NCBI RefSeq assembly: GCF_011745625.1 | Contig: NW_027191456.1 | Location: forward strand, 124,001 to 188,000 | Direction of reading: 5' to 3' | Length of the DNA stretch: 64,000 bases | Source: Cladosporium halotolerans | Taxonomy: Eukaryota | Shown here: in pieces, positions 32,711 to 44,915 of the stretch | Layout: every line of letters starts with the position of its first letter | Numbering within the stretch: position 1 is the stretch's first letter | The notes under the pieces: generated by a model | What the model was told of the DNA's origin: nothing | Databases searched by the model: none | Seen by the model: the letters and a program-made list of their open reading frames with translations, nothing else | Translations under genes and position numbers: made by a program

Positions 32711-33205
32711 CGTCTGATCTGGGAGGAGTACGGTGAAGGCATAATTAATTCATACATCTAAGTGGCACATATCGTGGTCTAGCCTTATTTTACATAGCGA
32801 GATACCAATTTGCATGTTCTTCGATTCTGACGTCCATTTGTAGACTCAAGATTGAATGTCGCAATACTCTAGACGGAGGGAAACAATGCGTTTGCCAAAA
32901 CAGACCAAGCGGATGTAGGTTCTGATGGTAAAAAGGACTCTAGAAGCATGAAGTAAAGGTAAAATACCCGCCTGCATTTATAGCAACAGTAGCCCCAGCT
33001 TCGTGGCGCAGTCGTGCCTCAGGCAGATCGTCACGTTGCGGGTTGCGGGATGGACGGCCGTGCATTGGAGCTTGCTGGTAGCAACCGACGACACGAACCT
33101 CCCGCTTACGAACTATACCAATGCAGCCTGCTCGGACTGGCGCGCAACGGTAACAGAAACATCGCTGGACTCGGATAAAGATCATAACAACCACGCCATT
33201 CCGCC

Positions 33206-35966
33206 ATGACGACCACTCCTCCGCCGGTCGAGGACCAGGCGCGGCTGCTGGAGGATGCCTTGGCCGTTGTGAGACAGCAGACGGTGATGATGCGCCGCTG
33301 CCTGGAGACTCCTGGGAAGTTGATGGATGCGCTCAAGTGCAGGTAGGAGGGACAAGCCGTGCTCGACATGACACGCGACAATGCCAGCTGACCCGTAGCG
33401 AAGCTCAACCCTAGTGTCCGAACTGCGAACGAGCAACCTGGGGCCGAAGCAGTACTATGAGCTGTACATGTCCGTCTTCGATGCGCTACGACACCTCTCG
33501 GTCTATCTGCGCGATTCGCATCCCGACAACCACCTCGCCGATCTCTACGAGCTGGTCCAGTATGCCGGCAACATCGTTCCTCGGCTTTATCTCATGATCA
33601 CGGTCGGGACGGTCTACATGGGCATCGAGGGCGCGCCGGTGAAAGAGATCATGAAGGACATGATGGAGATGAGCAGAGGTGTGCAGCATCCTGTACGCGG
33701 ACTGTTTCTGAGGTACTACCTCAGCGGCCAAGCGAGAGACTACCTCCCAACCGGCGCTGGAGACGGGCCCGAGGGCAACATGCAAGACAGCATTTCGTTC
33801 GTCCTGACGAACTTTGTCGAGATGAACAAGCTGTGGGTGCGGTTACAGCACCAGGGTCACTCTCGGGAACGAGAGCAGAGGACAAGGGAGAGACAAGAGC
33901 TGCAGCTGCTGGTAGGCAGCAACCTCGTCAGGCTGAGCCAATTGGTGGACTTGGAGAGCTACAGGAACGTCATATTGCACCCACTCCTGGAGCAGGTTGT
34001 ACAGTGTCGGGATGTGCTAGCACAAGAATATCTCCTCGAGGTGGTCACGCAGGTATTCCCGGACGAGTTCCACCTACACACGCTTGACCAGTTCCTATCC
34101 GCCACCGCCCGGTTGAACCCGCACGTCAATGTCAAGGGAATTGTCATTGGCCTGATGGACCGACTTTCAGCATACGCTGCGCGTGAGGCAGAAACCGAGG
34201 CCCCAGGCAACAAACAGGCAAACGAGCAAGAGGCTGTGACCGCCCTTCTCGAAAAGCTTAAGGTCTCCAAATCGGAGGCTGAGGCAGCGGATGCAAAGGT
34301 GCAAGAACCTTCAGAACCTTCGGAACCTACGAACGGTGAGAACGGTGGAGAAGCAGATGCGGCAGGGTCGTCCGGGGCGCCTGCGGAACCTACTACTAAG
34401 GACGAGACGGCGCCATCGACCAACGGCGAGACGAAGAAGTCAAGAGGAATCCCCGATAACATCAAACTTTTCGAGATCTTCCACGAGCAGGTCATTCACT
34501 TGGTCAGCATGCAACGGCTACCTATACAGGATATCACGGCGCTGCTTGTTTCTCTGGCGAACCTGGCCTTGAACATCTACCCTGAGCGACTCGACTATGT
34601 CGACCAGGTGTTACAGTACGCCACCAAGGAGGTCGCTCGCTTTACCAACTCTGCGGATCTGCACTCTCAGGCATCGCAGTCAAACCTCCTCAGCCTGCTC
34701 ATGGCTCCTGTGCGAGCTTACTTTTCGCTCTTCACCGCCTTGGCTCTGCCGAACTTTGTTCCCTTGTTCCACCAACAGTCGTATCCCACACGTCGTGCGG
34801 TCGCAGGCGAGCTTGCGAGGAGTTTGTTGCGCAATGAAACCAAGATTGCAACGCCGGAGAACCTGGACGGCGTGCTTTCCATTTTGTCTGTTCTCATCAA
34901 GGAAGGAATGCAGCCGCCGTCTGGATACCCCGGTGGACCTATGCGCAGAGGAGCGGTAGAAACAGAAGAGACCGTCGAAGAGCAAGGCTGGCTTGCGAGA
35001 ATTGTTCACCTAATCAGGGCGTCCGACAACACAACGCAATTCCAACTCCTCCAGAAGACCCGAACAGCTTTCGCCGAGGGCAACGAGCGCACAAAATACA
35101 CCACCCCAGCACTTGTCACGCAATCACTCAAGCTTGCACGCAACTTCAAGCGACGCGAACACCTTTCTAACGACGACTACGCCACGCAATCCTCCGCCTT
35201 GTACAAATTCATTCACACGTCCCTTAATTCCCTCTACACGCGCGTTTCGACATCTGGCGTACCCGACCTCGTTCTCCGACTATTCGTTGCAGCAGGCCAG
35301 GTTGCAGCTCAATGCGACAACGAAGACATCGCGTACGAGTTCTTCGCTTCGTCTTTCACCACCTATGAAGAAGCTATCAGCGACTCCCGGAGCCAATTCC
35401 AGGCCATCTGTATTATCGGTGGTGCGCTCTCATGCTGCAGCGAGAAGTTCAGCCGCGAGAACTACGATACACTTATCACGAAGGCGGCATTGCACGGCAG
35501 CAAGCTGTTGAAGAAACCCGATCAGTGCCGCGCAGTGTACCTGGCAAGCCACTTGTGGTGGGCGGTCGAGAAGGGCGAGCGGCAAGAGGACCAGAAGGAG
35601 GTAAGAAAGATGGATTCCCGATCACCCACGACTGTAATGCTAATATGTCATCAGCTCTACCGCGACGGCAAGCGCGTGCTCGAATGCCTCCAGCGCGCCC
35701 TCCGCGTTGCCGACGCCTGCATGGACACAGCCGTGAGCGTCGAGCTCTTCGTCGAGATCCTCAACCGCTACGTCTACTACTTCGACCAAGAGAACGACGC
35801 CGTGACCACCAAGTACATCAACGGCCTGATTGAGCTGATCCAGAGCAATCTCAACACCACGGAAAACGTCAGTGGTCTCGAGAGCCCGAGGAAGCATTTC
35901 GAGAGAACGCTGCAGTACATCGAGGCTAGGGAATACGAGGGTGTTGATGTCAGGCCGAAAGGTTAG
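33206..35966 (+). CDS. VPS35: Retromer subunit Vps35
   Basis: EDQARLLEDAL...LMDALKC/STLVSELRT, ELVQYAGNIVPRLYLM, RGVQHPVRGLFLRYYL, KLLKKPDQCRAV; introns ~33343-33398 and 35601-35654. Confidence 0.96.
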
Positions 35967-36155
35967 GGATAATGCGAGGCGAGGCGAGACGTGTGAGAAC
36001 GATGTGAAGGCAGGTACCTTTCTGTATACAGCAATATTGACAACCAAATTGTTCAGCGTCCTAGCACTTCATGGGGTGGTACCACCAGCGGCTGCGCTCT
36101 CAAAGGTCGTGAATCGCAACGCGGAGACCATGATGTTTTATACTGATGCACCCAA

Positions 36156-37929
36156 TCATTTCGTTGCCTGCTCGATGTGCACCGAGCAATCATCATCTGC
36201 TTTCTCCAGGTCCAGCCTGCCTTTGGCCATTGGGTTCTCATCTTCGAACAGGCGTCCGAGTTCTTCGAGCGTGGGACCTTTAGTCTCCGGATACAAGAAC
36301 CAGATGATGGTCGTCTCGACGGCCAGCCAGACGACGTAGACGATGTAGAATCTGTCGCCGATTAATATCGCTACAATGCAAAGCGAGATAGATTGGCCAC
36401 TTACTTCCATCCGATATCCTGGATACCGATCGGATTGACAAACTTTCAAAGCGTCAGCTGATGGCGTGGGAAAGAGTCTACAGACTGATGGCCTACCTGG
36501 TTGAACGCGCTCCCGCCGCGGGAGAAAGTCTGCGTCAAAGCGACGCCTTTCGCGCGATGAACGAACGGGAAGACCTCCGTGATGAAGACGTAGGTCAGCG
36601 GGTGCATGATCGTGTAAAACAGGTAGTACACGAAGATCATCCCGACGACTGCGCCTGCCGCTTGCTGGTTCTGAGTCTTAGCGTAGTCCGCACTCGCTCC
36701 GGTCCAACAAGCGAAGACGACTGTCATGCCGATGAAGGCGATGAGGTACTGAGTTCGACGGTTGAGCTTTTTGGTGAGGAATGCGGCTGTGACGCCGGTG
36801 ATGAGGTTCCAGCAGGTCAGTCCGAGATTGATCTGGTTCTGTTTTCTTCGGTCTGTGATGCCGACTGTGGCGAGGACTTTGGCGAGGTAGTATCTGTGTG
36901 AAGTCAGAATTGCTTCTTTCCTATGACCTGATAATCTCTGCAGCTTACGAAACAAGGCCATTGCCTGACCACTGAGAGAACATTCCCACGCAAGCCGCGA
37001 TGAGAGTGCGTCGGCGGTTGCCTGGTGTCTGCACCAACTCGACCCAGCGTCTCTTCGAGTTTTCCATCTCACCACGAACAGTGGCTTGGATCTCCGCGAA
37101 CTCGGCGGCCACGAGCGCACTGTCTCTGTCACCCTCGCCATGATACTTGACGAGAATCTCAAAGGCTTCTTCGCTGCGGTCCCGGGAGACGAGCCACCTT
37201 GGCGATTCTGGTATGAACCAGATGAAGACAACTTGCAGAATGGACGGGACAATCTGCAAGAGGGATGGAATCCTCCATGACCAATCGTTTGGCATCGAGA
37301 ATGTGCCTAGCGTAACACCAGCAGCGATGATTGCTCCAACGTACCAGCTCTCGTTGAACAAGCCGTTGAGAACAGCAGTGTGCCGCGGGTAAGTCAGCTC
37401 GGCAATCAATTGAGAGGCGCCGGAGATGCAGAACGGAATGCCCATTCCCAGCAGGATTCGCGCCACAAGAAACATGGCGACGTTGATCGAAGCTGTCTGG
37501 ATGATCACGCCAACGAGAAGTATGGCCGAGCCGATGGTGATACTGTGCTTTCGGCCGAAGCGGTCGTTGACGTACGGTACGACGGGAAGAGCAATCACCG
37601 CGCCAATGCTGAAGGCTGCACTGATGAGACCGAGAAGAGCACCGTTTGGGTTACCGAAGTCTAGCAAATCGTCCGTTAGCAGCATGAAACGCAGTCATGG
37701 AAGTCAATTCCGTACAATCCAGCCATGGCTTAACGGCTTGCAACCCGTTCATAATCGAGCCATCGTATCCAGAAGTCATCTCTACTCCAAGCACAGCCGG
37801 CACAAGGGCGAAATAAAGCCGTCTGAGGTTTGGTCGTTGGTACCATGGTGTCGTATCAAGATCGATCAGTCGCCGCACTTCTGACTCCGAAGCCACAGCG
37901 GCGACGTCTGTTCGGACAGCAGGCGCCAT
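36156..37929 (-). CDS. Sugar porter family MFS transporter (lactose permease/cellodextrin-transporter-like)
   Basis: GYDGSIMNGLQ, DRFGRK, IAELTYP, SWRIPSLLQ, PESPRWL, QWSGNGLVS, TEVFPF, PETKGPTLEE; about four introns. Confidence 0.9.
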
Positions 37930-38467
37930 CGTTAAGCTATCTGTCGAAAAAGGAACGTTGACTACATTTGACTACTAAGAAGCCGGCTGACATGCGGCTT
38001 TTATACGCATAGCTTGGTGCGGCAAAAGCACGGCATTGTGACTTTGATGCTCGGTCACTATCCAAGGGATCATGGCGCTTGTGGCTTACGGTAAGCATCC
38101 ACAACTATCTGACAAGACTTGCTAAGGATGGAAAGGGACAGGCTAAATCGCCGGGTAAAACTTTGCTAATGTTACAGAAGACGATCTCCCCATGGCACCG
38201 TACCTGTGCACCTGCGGAGAACCTGGGGTAACGGTAGGACAAATGTCACACCGGGGCGGTAACCCTGCAGCTATACCAGCATCAGGCGTTATGTGAAATC
38301 CCAACAGATGGCAGTTTATCCGGACAAGGTAGCTATGGCGACTCTACCTCGCCAAATGCCAAAAGTTACACTCTGCAACATCGTCTTATCATTTCATGTC
38401 GCAGTAGACGAGAATCCAAATCCGAGAGTCGAAGGTCATCCGCTATACGGACTCAGTTAGATTGAGG

Positions 38468-40113
38468 ATGACTTCCAATAACAGCTTCCTAAGAGTAAGC
38501 GGTACCGACGTGGTAAATGGTGGTGGCAAGCAGGTCATTCTGAAAGGAGTAAGTGAACAACATTTACAAAGCTTTACCATTAACATAGCTGACCTTCATA
38601 GTGTGCTACAGGCGGCCACCTGAAGTCAGTACTTACACTACTATCATCTAATTGCATTACCCTGGCTGACCCGTTTTGATAGCATGGAGAACTTCATCAC
38701 CGGATACCCAGGCCACGAACACGAAATGCGCTCAGCAATGCTAGAAGTCCTCGGTCAGGAAGGGTACGACTACTTTTTCGATAAGTTTCTCGACTACTTC
38801 TTCACTAGAGAAGACGCCAAATTCCTCGCATCGCTCGGTCTAAACTGCGTCCGGATTCCAATCAACCATCGCCACTTCATGGACGACGAGAAAGATTTTG
38901 AGATCAAAGAGGCCGGGTTCAAGCTCGTAGATCGATGCGTCGAGGCATGCGCTGCCGAGGGTATCTACACGATTCTCGACATGCACACCTTTCCTGGTGG
39001 TCAGAACCAGGGTTGGCATTCGGATTCTGGGCTTCATCGAGCACTCTTCTGGGAGAACAAAGACCTGCAAGATCGGGGGATCAAGATGTGGGTTGAGATT
39101 GCCAAGCGTTACAAGGATAATCGCTGGGTATGTATCCTTCCATTGATTGCATCGACGAAGTTGGTAGGGTTGTCTCTGACAGGTCGTTCAGGTTGCGGGA
39201 TACAATCCGATGAACGAGCCCGCCGACCCTGAGCACACCCGACTCCAGACCTGGTACAAGCGAATCGAACGGGCCATTCGAGAAGTCGATCCGTATCACA
39301 TTCTCTTCCTCGACGGCAATACCTACTCAATGGACTTCACAGCCTTCGAAGAAGTGCTGCCCAACTGTGTCTATTCGATCCACGACTACTCCAACATGGG
39401 GTTTCCGGCGGGCCAGCCTTACGTAGGGACGGCCGAGCAGGATGAGACTCTTCGACGGCAGTACGAACGCAAGGTGGCATTCATGCGAGAGCGAAAAGTA
39501 CCTGTGAGTTTGAGAAGCCCTAGACTGGCATGAGCCAATCGCTGACATCGAATCACAGATATGGAATGGCGAATTCGGTCCGGTGTACGCAAGTCCCAAC
39601 GAGGAGAACCACGAGAAGATCAACCAACAACGCTACAATCTCCTTGGGAAACAGCTTTCGATTTACAAAGAGGATCGAATACACTGGAGCATCTGGCTGT
39701 ACAAAGACATCGGTTTCCAAGGCATGGTGTACACCAATCCCGACTCTGCGTACATGCGACTCCTCAAACCCTTCTTGGACAAGAAGAAAAGGATTGGGCT
39801 TGACCCTTGGGGCAGAGACGACACTCATGTCAAGCACATCTGGGAGCCTGTCATTCAGCACATGAAGGACGAGATCCCTGAGCGCATTCGGAACAAACGA
39901 TACCCGCACCATTGGGGAATGGAGAAGCACGTCTCCCGAGTCGTGCGCGACATGTTGATGTCGGAGCTGTTGACGTATGAGTACGCGAGCTACTTCGAAG
40001 GAAAGACGTTCGAAGAGCTTGACGCGTTGGCTGCTAGTTTCAAGCTCGAGAACTGCATGAGAAGAAATGGTCTCAACAAGATCTTGCAAGACGATGCCGA
40101 AGTAACGAATTAA
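38468..40113 (+). CDS. Intracellular glycoside hydrolase family 5 (GH5_22-like beta-xylosidase/glucosidase)
   Basis: No signal peptide; FLRVSGTDVV...ILKG, NMENFITGYPG, LNCVRIP, ILDMH, GGQNQGWHSD, PMNEP (acid/base), SIHDY, WNGEFG (nucleophile); four introns. Confidence 0.85.
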
Positions 40114-41200
40114 TCAAGGGGATCGGTGACGTCTACGTTATTTCGGTGTGGCTCATCCAGAGGTATTTGTGTTGATCATGAGGCATCAATCGCACGGCCA
40201 CTATCTATCAAAACAATCGATCATATCCTAGGTCAGTCGAATGAAACTTGCTTGTCATACATCGATCGCAGAGGATAGCGCATAGCGTTTACCTGTTAGC
40301 TAAGTCATGTGGAAGGAGCTTCTGGGAATGCAAATGTCTCGTGAACGTCCGCGAGCGAGCGCTCATCTCAGCAGCGGACAGAATAGACTCTTGCGACCTT
40401 GCACTGGGCCTGCGGGGAGGCGGTGGGGAGGGTGGCCAGCGCTGTGAGGTGAGGTTAACGCGAGGCGCAAGCTGCGCTGAGGCGCATGAAACGCTGCGAC
40501 GAGGGCCGCGACCACTCACAATGGCGCAAAGACGGCCGTGCCCCGCGACGACAATGGTCACGATCGCATTGGGACGAGAGTTCTACATGTCAGATAGTTC
40601 TTGTGTCCTAGTTGCCCTCGATCACCCACTCTCCTCATTGCTTTCTTGTTGCATTTATCGTTGACCTTGTTACTCACGCATTGGGCTGGACCCGTACATC
40701 TATCGCATTTTCCGTTAATCAACTCAACTAATATCGATCCGATGCATCCATCCACGCTGGCCGTGGATCAACCATATCGCGTCAATGACCCAGACGGCAT
40801 GGACTGGCTCCTGCCACTGGATGACAAGATCGGCCGGCGTCGCAAGCGGCGGGCGTCAAGCGTGCCGGAACGCGAACCCGAGGCGGAACGCGACCTGAGC
40901 TCGAGCGTCAAAATCCCCAGGCTTTACTGGCCCTGCGATGCCCTGAACGACTTCTGGTCACGCTCCAAACACCTTGGCTGGGTCGGCAAATCAGTCTGGG
41001 ATCTCTGGCTTTGGGGCAGGCAGAAACTACGCTTGGAGACAAAAGAGGAGCGCAGACGACTCCAATTGCTGCAGGAGCTCCGCGAGCTCGGCTACAATTC
41101 ACAATCCAGGAACTCGAGTGAAGCACCCAAACGTTTGCGCCTGGGCAATTTGACACCACCACACCACCAGGAGCGGTTCAACCATCACGAAGTCGACGAA

Positions 41201-44200
41201 ATGTTTGGCAGTACCGGTGGCTCGAGCCTGTTCGGCGGCGCGCCAGCCAACAACACGCAAAATCAAAACGCCGGCAGCAGCCTCTTCGGTCAAAACAAAC
41301 CTGCTGCGGCACCCGCTGGAGGCAGTCTCTTTGGCGCCCCGGCAGCTTCAAGTGCGGGCCAGAGCAACTCACTGTTTGGCGCTCCATTGGGCGGCGCGTC
41401 TCAACCTGCCGCCTCTGGCACAGGCGGAGGTCTCTTTGGCGGTGCCGCCGCAAAGCCTGCTACTCCCAGCTTGTTTGGCGGAGGCCAGGCCGCGACTACA
41501 CAGCCAGCAGCACCCACGGGTGGCAGCAGCCTGTTTGGAAACACTGCGACCGCTAAGCCTGCGACCGGTGGCCTTTTCGGCGCGTCTACTACACAACCCG
41601 CGACTCAGAACCAGACACAGGGCCAAGATGCTGGAAAGAGCTTGTTTGGATCATTGAGCACAGCGAACAACAACAACAACGCAAACCAACCACAAAATCA
41701 GAACCAGCAGGCAGTGGCGGAAGCTGCGCCCGCAAACCCGGCATACTTTGATCAGCTGCTGGAGCGTGGCAGAAAGAGGCAGACCGAGGAGCGTATCACA
41801 CCGTTTGGCGAGCTTCCAGCTCTTGAACTCGGCTTGGCGGACATTTCACGCAAGGTTCGCAATCTGGGCCAAGGTGGACCATCTGTTGGACTTTCGCGCG
41901 GCGGCGATGCCAGAGCCCACTACCTGCTCTCCGCTTCCGGCGTAAACACTGGCCAGGCCTTGCGCGATCTTGAAAGGCTTGCTGAAGAGTCTATTCCTCA
42001 AGGCTCGGCTCCAGAGAAGGCTGCCAGCGCGGTGACGGGTGTCAAGTATGACCTTGCGCGCAGGCACCATGACGATTTCCAGGCTATGGTCGACAGCCGT
42101 GTGCAGAAGGCGCAAGACGACTTCAACAGAATGATCGATGACAAGCTTGCTGGCGTTGACTGGACCGCGCAGCACCAACGCATCTACGAGCATTTCGGAC
42201 TGAAGAAACCCCAGGGACTTGACACCAGCGTTCGCGATTCCTTTGGTCCTGCAGAGACTGGTGCTTTCGGTCGGACCAGCAGGAAGAGCAGACTTGGCGC
42301 GTCCACGGCCGGCAAGTCTTTCGGCATGCCTGGGCTCTCACGTTCCGTCATCGGAACGCCCGGTCTGAAGAATGCCCGCCAGAGTCAGTTCGCCGACGTT
42401 CAGGAGAAGCTACCGGCTGATGGCATGCGTGTCGTGCCCGAAGACCGCGTCTTGCGCGTCAAGCAGACCAAGTACGCTGAGCGCGTGAAGGACTTGAACA
42501 TTGCACGCCTGCAAGAGCGCGCCTACCCAATCTTCAACAAATTCGCTGAGGTTGAATCTGAGCCGTCTGGCGAAGATAACACCATGTTCATCAACGCTTA
42601 CAAGGCGCTCGCGGAGATCACAGGAGAGGATCCATCCAAGGACAGCCTGGCTGATCCTGGCGCTGTCAGGCCGCGCCAGTACGCTGGCGATTATCTTGAC
42701 GAGGCGCCCAATGCTAAGGGCCCCAGCGCCATCCGTCAACGCATCATATCTGGCTCTCGCACTTTCCTGGAGAAGTCTTACTTCAACCAAGTCGAGACCA
42801 CCGTTCTTCGGAATCCGCGGGAGGCTAATGTCGGCGGCGTTCCAACATCTCTTGCAAAAGTCAAGGGTTACGCACGCGTGAGGGCTGCTCGCCGCGAGCT
42901 CGGCCCAGATCTTGAGATTCTGCAGAAGGTCAACGACGACTACTGCTGGGTCCTGATTTTCTATCTGCTGCGCTGTGGTCTTGTGGACGATGCTGTGGCT
43001 TACATCGAAGACAACGTCTCTGCTTTCCGCATTATCGACCGCAGGTTCATCGGTTACATCCGCGCATATTCCTCGAGCCCCGATCGTCGTCTGCCACCAC
43101 CGCTGCAGAATGAGATCAACAACGACTACGCACAGAGAGTGCGCATGGCCCCCGAAGACACCATTGACCCGTACCGCATGATGGTCTATAAGATTGTAGG
43201 TCGATGCGATCTGAACAGGCGTAACTTCGAGGGAGTCAGCAGCGACATGATGGACTGGCTGTGGTTGCAGTTCGCTCTTGCGCGCGAGTACAACCGCGTT
43301 GATGAATATGCACACGAGGCGTACGGCCTGGACGAGCTTCGTTCCTCCATCAAGGACATCGGCGACCGGTACTTTGGCCCTAACAGTGACTTGCCGAATG
43401 CGCCGACGACGTTCTTTTTCATGCAGACACTGGCTGGTCTATTCGAGAAGGCTGTCGCCGACCTTTACCCGAACAACTACATGTCCGCTGTACACTTCGC
43501 CATCGCTCTCGACTATTACGGCCTGCTGAGAGTGAGCGATATCAACACCAGCGACGATCTCCTCTCATACACCACACGCCAGCAGCCGCAGATTGCATTC
43601 GGCAGCATGACTGGCCTCTACACGCGCGACTTCCGTACCGCGGATCCCGCTGCCGCGGTCGACTACCTTTCGCTCATCTGCCTCAACGCTGACCTGGACG
43701 GCGCACTTGGGAAGGCTCAGCGCGAGCTGTGTCACCAAGCTCTCACTGAGCTCGTCCTGGAGACTCGCGAGTTCGCTGCCTTGCTTGGCGATATCCGCGC
43801 CGACGGTCAGCGTATCAAGGGTACCATCGAGCAACGCCTCAAACTCATTGGTATTGAGAACGAGATCGACTTCTTGCGTCACATCACTCTTGTCGCCGCT
43901 CGCACCGCTGAGGACCAGAGCCGTACGACTGACGCTGCTCTTCTCTACCATCTCGCCGAAGACTACGACAAGGTGGTCCAGATCGTCAACGAAGCCGTGT
44001 CTCTGGCACTGACAGTAGAGCTCGGCGAGGAACCTCAACGCTTGATGCCTCTCAAGCCTCGCCAACACGAAGGTGACCAGGTCCCTCGTGAGCTGCAGGG
44101 CAGCCTCAGCTTGACTGCCGTTGACGACCCCGTCGAACTCTCCCGCAACTTCCGCAACCTCTACAACTCCGGCGCCATGTACTATGCCAAGATCAACGAG

Positions 44201-44671
44201 ACCACCGTTGCAAACCGCGAGATCCTTCTGCACCTCGCCGACGCCCGCCGTGCTCTTGACGCTGGCCAATGGCCCGTTGCCGTTGACGTAAGCTCCACCC
44301 TACCTCCTCCCCTTTCCTCGCAACCACTCACTAACTTCATCCAGTGCATCGAGCAAGCCAAGGTCCTTCCGACCGAGACATCCGGCAACATGACCGCCAT
44401 CCGCGCGAAGGCACAGGCTTTCAACGGCATGCAGCCCGTCGTGGCCCGCACGATCGGCCACATCATGATCTGGGCCGTCATCGCTCTGGCCAACGAACAC
44501 GCCCGCCTGAAGGGCGCCGAATTCGACACGCCTGCCCAGCAGAATGTCATTGTGCAGTGCAAGAGTGCTGCCAAGGATATCATGGTTTTCGCGGGTCTGA
44601 TCAGGTACAAGTTGCCTGGAAGGGTTTGGGAGACGTTGGCCCAGGCCGGGCAGGAGTTGGGTAGCCTGTAA
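41201..44671 (+). CDS. NIC96: Nucleoporin Nic96 (Nup93) with N-terminal FG repeats
   Basis: SLFG/GLFG repeats, LPALELGLADI, AHYLLSASGV, FLEKSY, WVLIFYLLRCG, DPYRMMVYKIVGRC, ETREFAALLGDI, FAGLIRYKLP; intron 44288-44344. The frame is open further upstream (see findings). Confidence 0.93.
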   Translation: MFGSTGGSSLFGGAPANNTQNQNAGSSLFGQNKPAAAPAGGSLFGAPAASSAGQSNSLFGAPLGGASQPAASGTGGGLFGGAAAKPATPSLFGGGQAATTQPAAPTGGSSLFGNTATAKPATGGLFGASTTQPATQNQTQGQDAGKSLFGSLSTANNNNNANQPQNQNQQAVAEAAPANPAYFDQLLERGRKRQTEERITPFGELPALELGLADISRKVRNLGQGGPSVGLSRGGDARAHYLLSASGVNTGQALRDLERLAEESIPQGSAPEKAASAVTGVKYDLARRHHDDFQAMVDSRVQKAQDDFNRMIDDKLAGVDWTAQHQRIYEHFGLKKPQGLDTSVRDSFGPAETGAFGRTSRKSRLGASTAGKSFGMPGLSRSVIGTPGLKNARQSQFADVQEKLPADGMRVVPEDRVLRVKQTKYAERVKDLNIARLQERAYPIFNKFAEVESEPSGEDNTMFINAYKALAEITGEDPSKDSLADPGAVRPRQYAGDYLDEAPNAKGPSAIRQRIISGSRTFLEKSYFNQVETTVLRNPREANVGGVPTSLAKVKGYARVRAARRELGPDLEILQKVNDDYCWVLIFYLLRCGLVDDAVAYIEDNVSAFRIIDRRFIGYIRAYSSSPDRRLPPPLQNEINNDYAQRVRMAPEDTIDPYRMMVYKIVGRCDLNRRNFEGVSSDMMDWLWLQFALAREYNRVDEYAHEAYGLDELRSSIKDIGDRYFGPNSDLPNAPTTFFFMQTLAGLFEKAVADLYPNNYMSAVHFAIALDYYGLLRVSDINTSDDLLSYTTRQQPQIAFGSMTGLYTRDFRTADPAAAVDYLSLICLNADLDGALGKAQRELCHQALTELVLETREFAALLGDIRADGQRIKGTIEQRLKLIGIENEIDFLRHITLVAARTAEDQSRTTDAALLYHLAEDYDKVVQIVNEAVSLALTVELGEEPQRLMPLKPRQHEGDQVPRELQGSLSLTAVDDPVELSRNFRNLYNSGAMYYAKINETTVANREILLHLADARRALDAGQWPVAVDVSSTLPPPLSSQPLTNFIQCIEQAKVLPTETSGNMTAIRAKAQAFNGMQPVVARTIGHIMIWAVIALANEHARLKGAEFDTPAQQNVIVQCKSAAKDIMVFAGLIRYKLPGRVWETLAQAGQELGSL

Positions 44672-44915
44672 GGGGGTCCGAGGGAGAGTCATTGTAGGAT
44701 ACCTGGCACGTAATTGTGCCATGCGGCGTGAATATCTGCGATTGTGTCATGCAGTCGTAACATAGCAGCACCGCTCTGATGCTGAGAGCGAAAATTCGAA
44801 TGAAGTGTTCAGCTTTTGAAACTCGACTATGTTCCATTACCTCCCATAAATCATAACTTGGGGCCAATTATCTCACGTAAGAGAGGATTGTCGATTAATA
44901 CTGCCAGGGACAAAC

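Noticed and set aside
35601..35654. Apparent insertions in the Vps35, Nic96 (44288-44344), Nag1 (3428-3484) and Vcx1-like (~63586-63648) ORF translations
   Set aside because: Ordinary stop-free 3n introns with donor, branch and acceptor signals that the ORF caller read through
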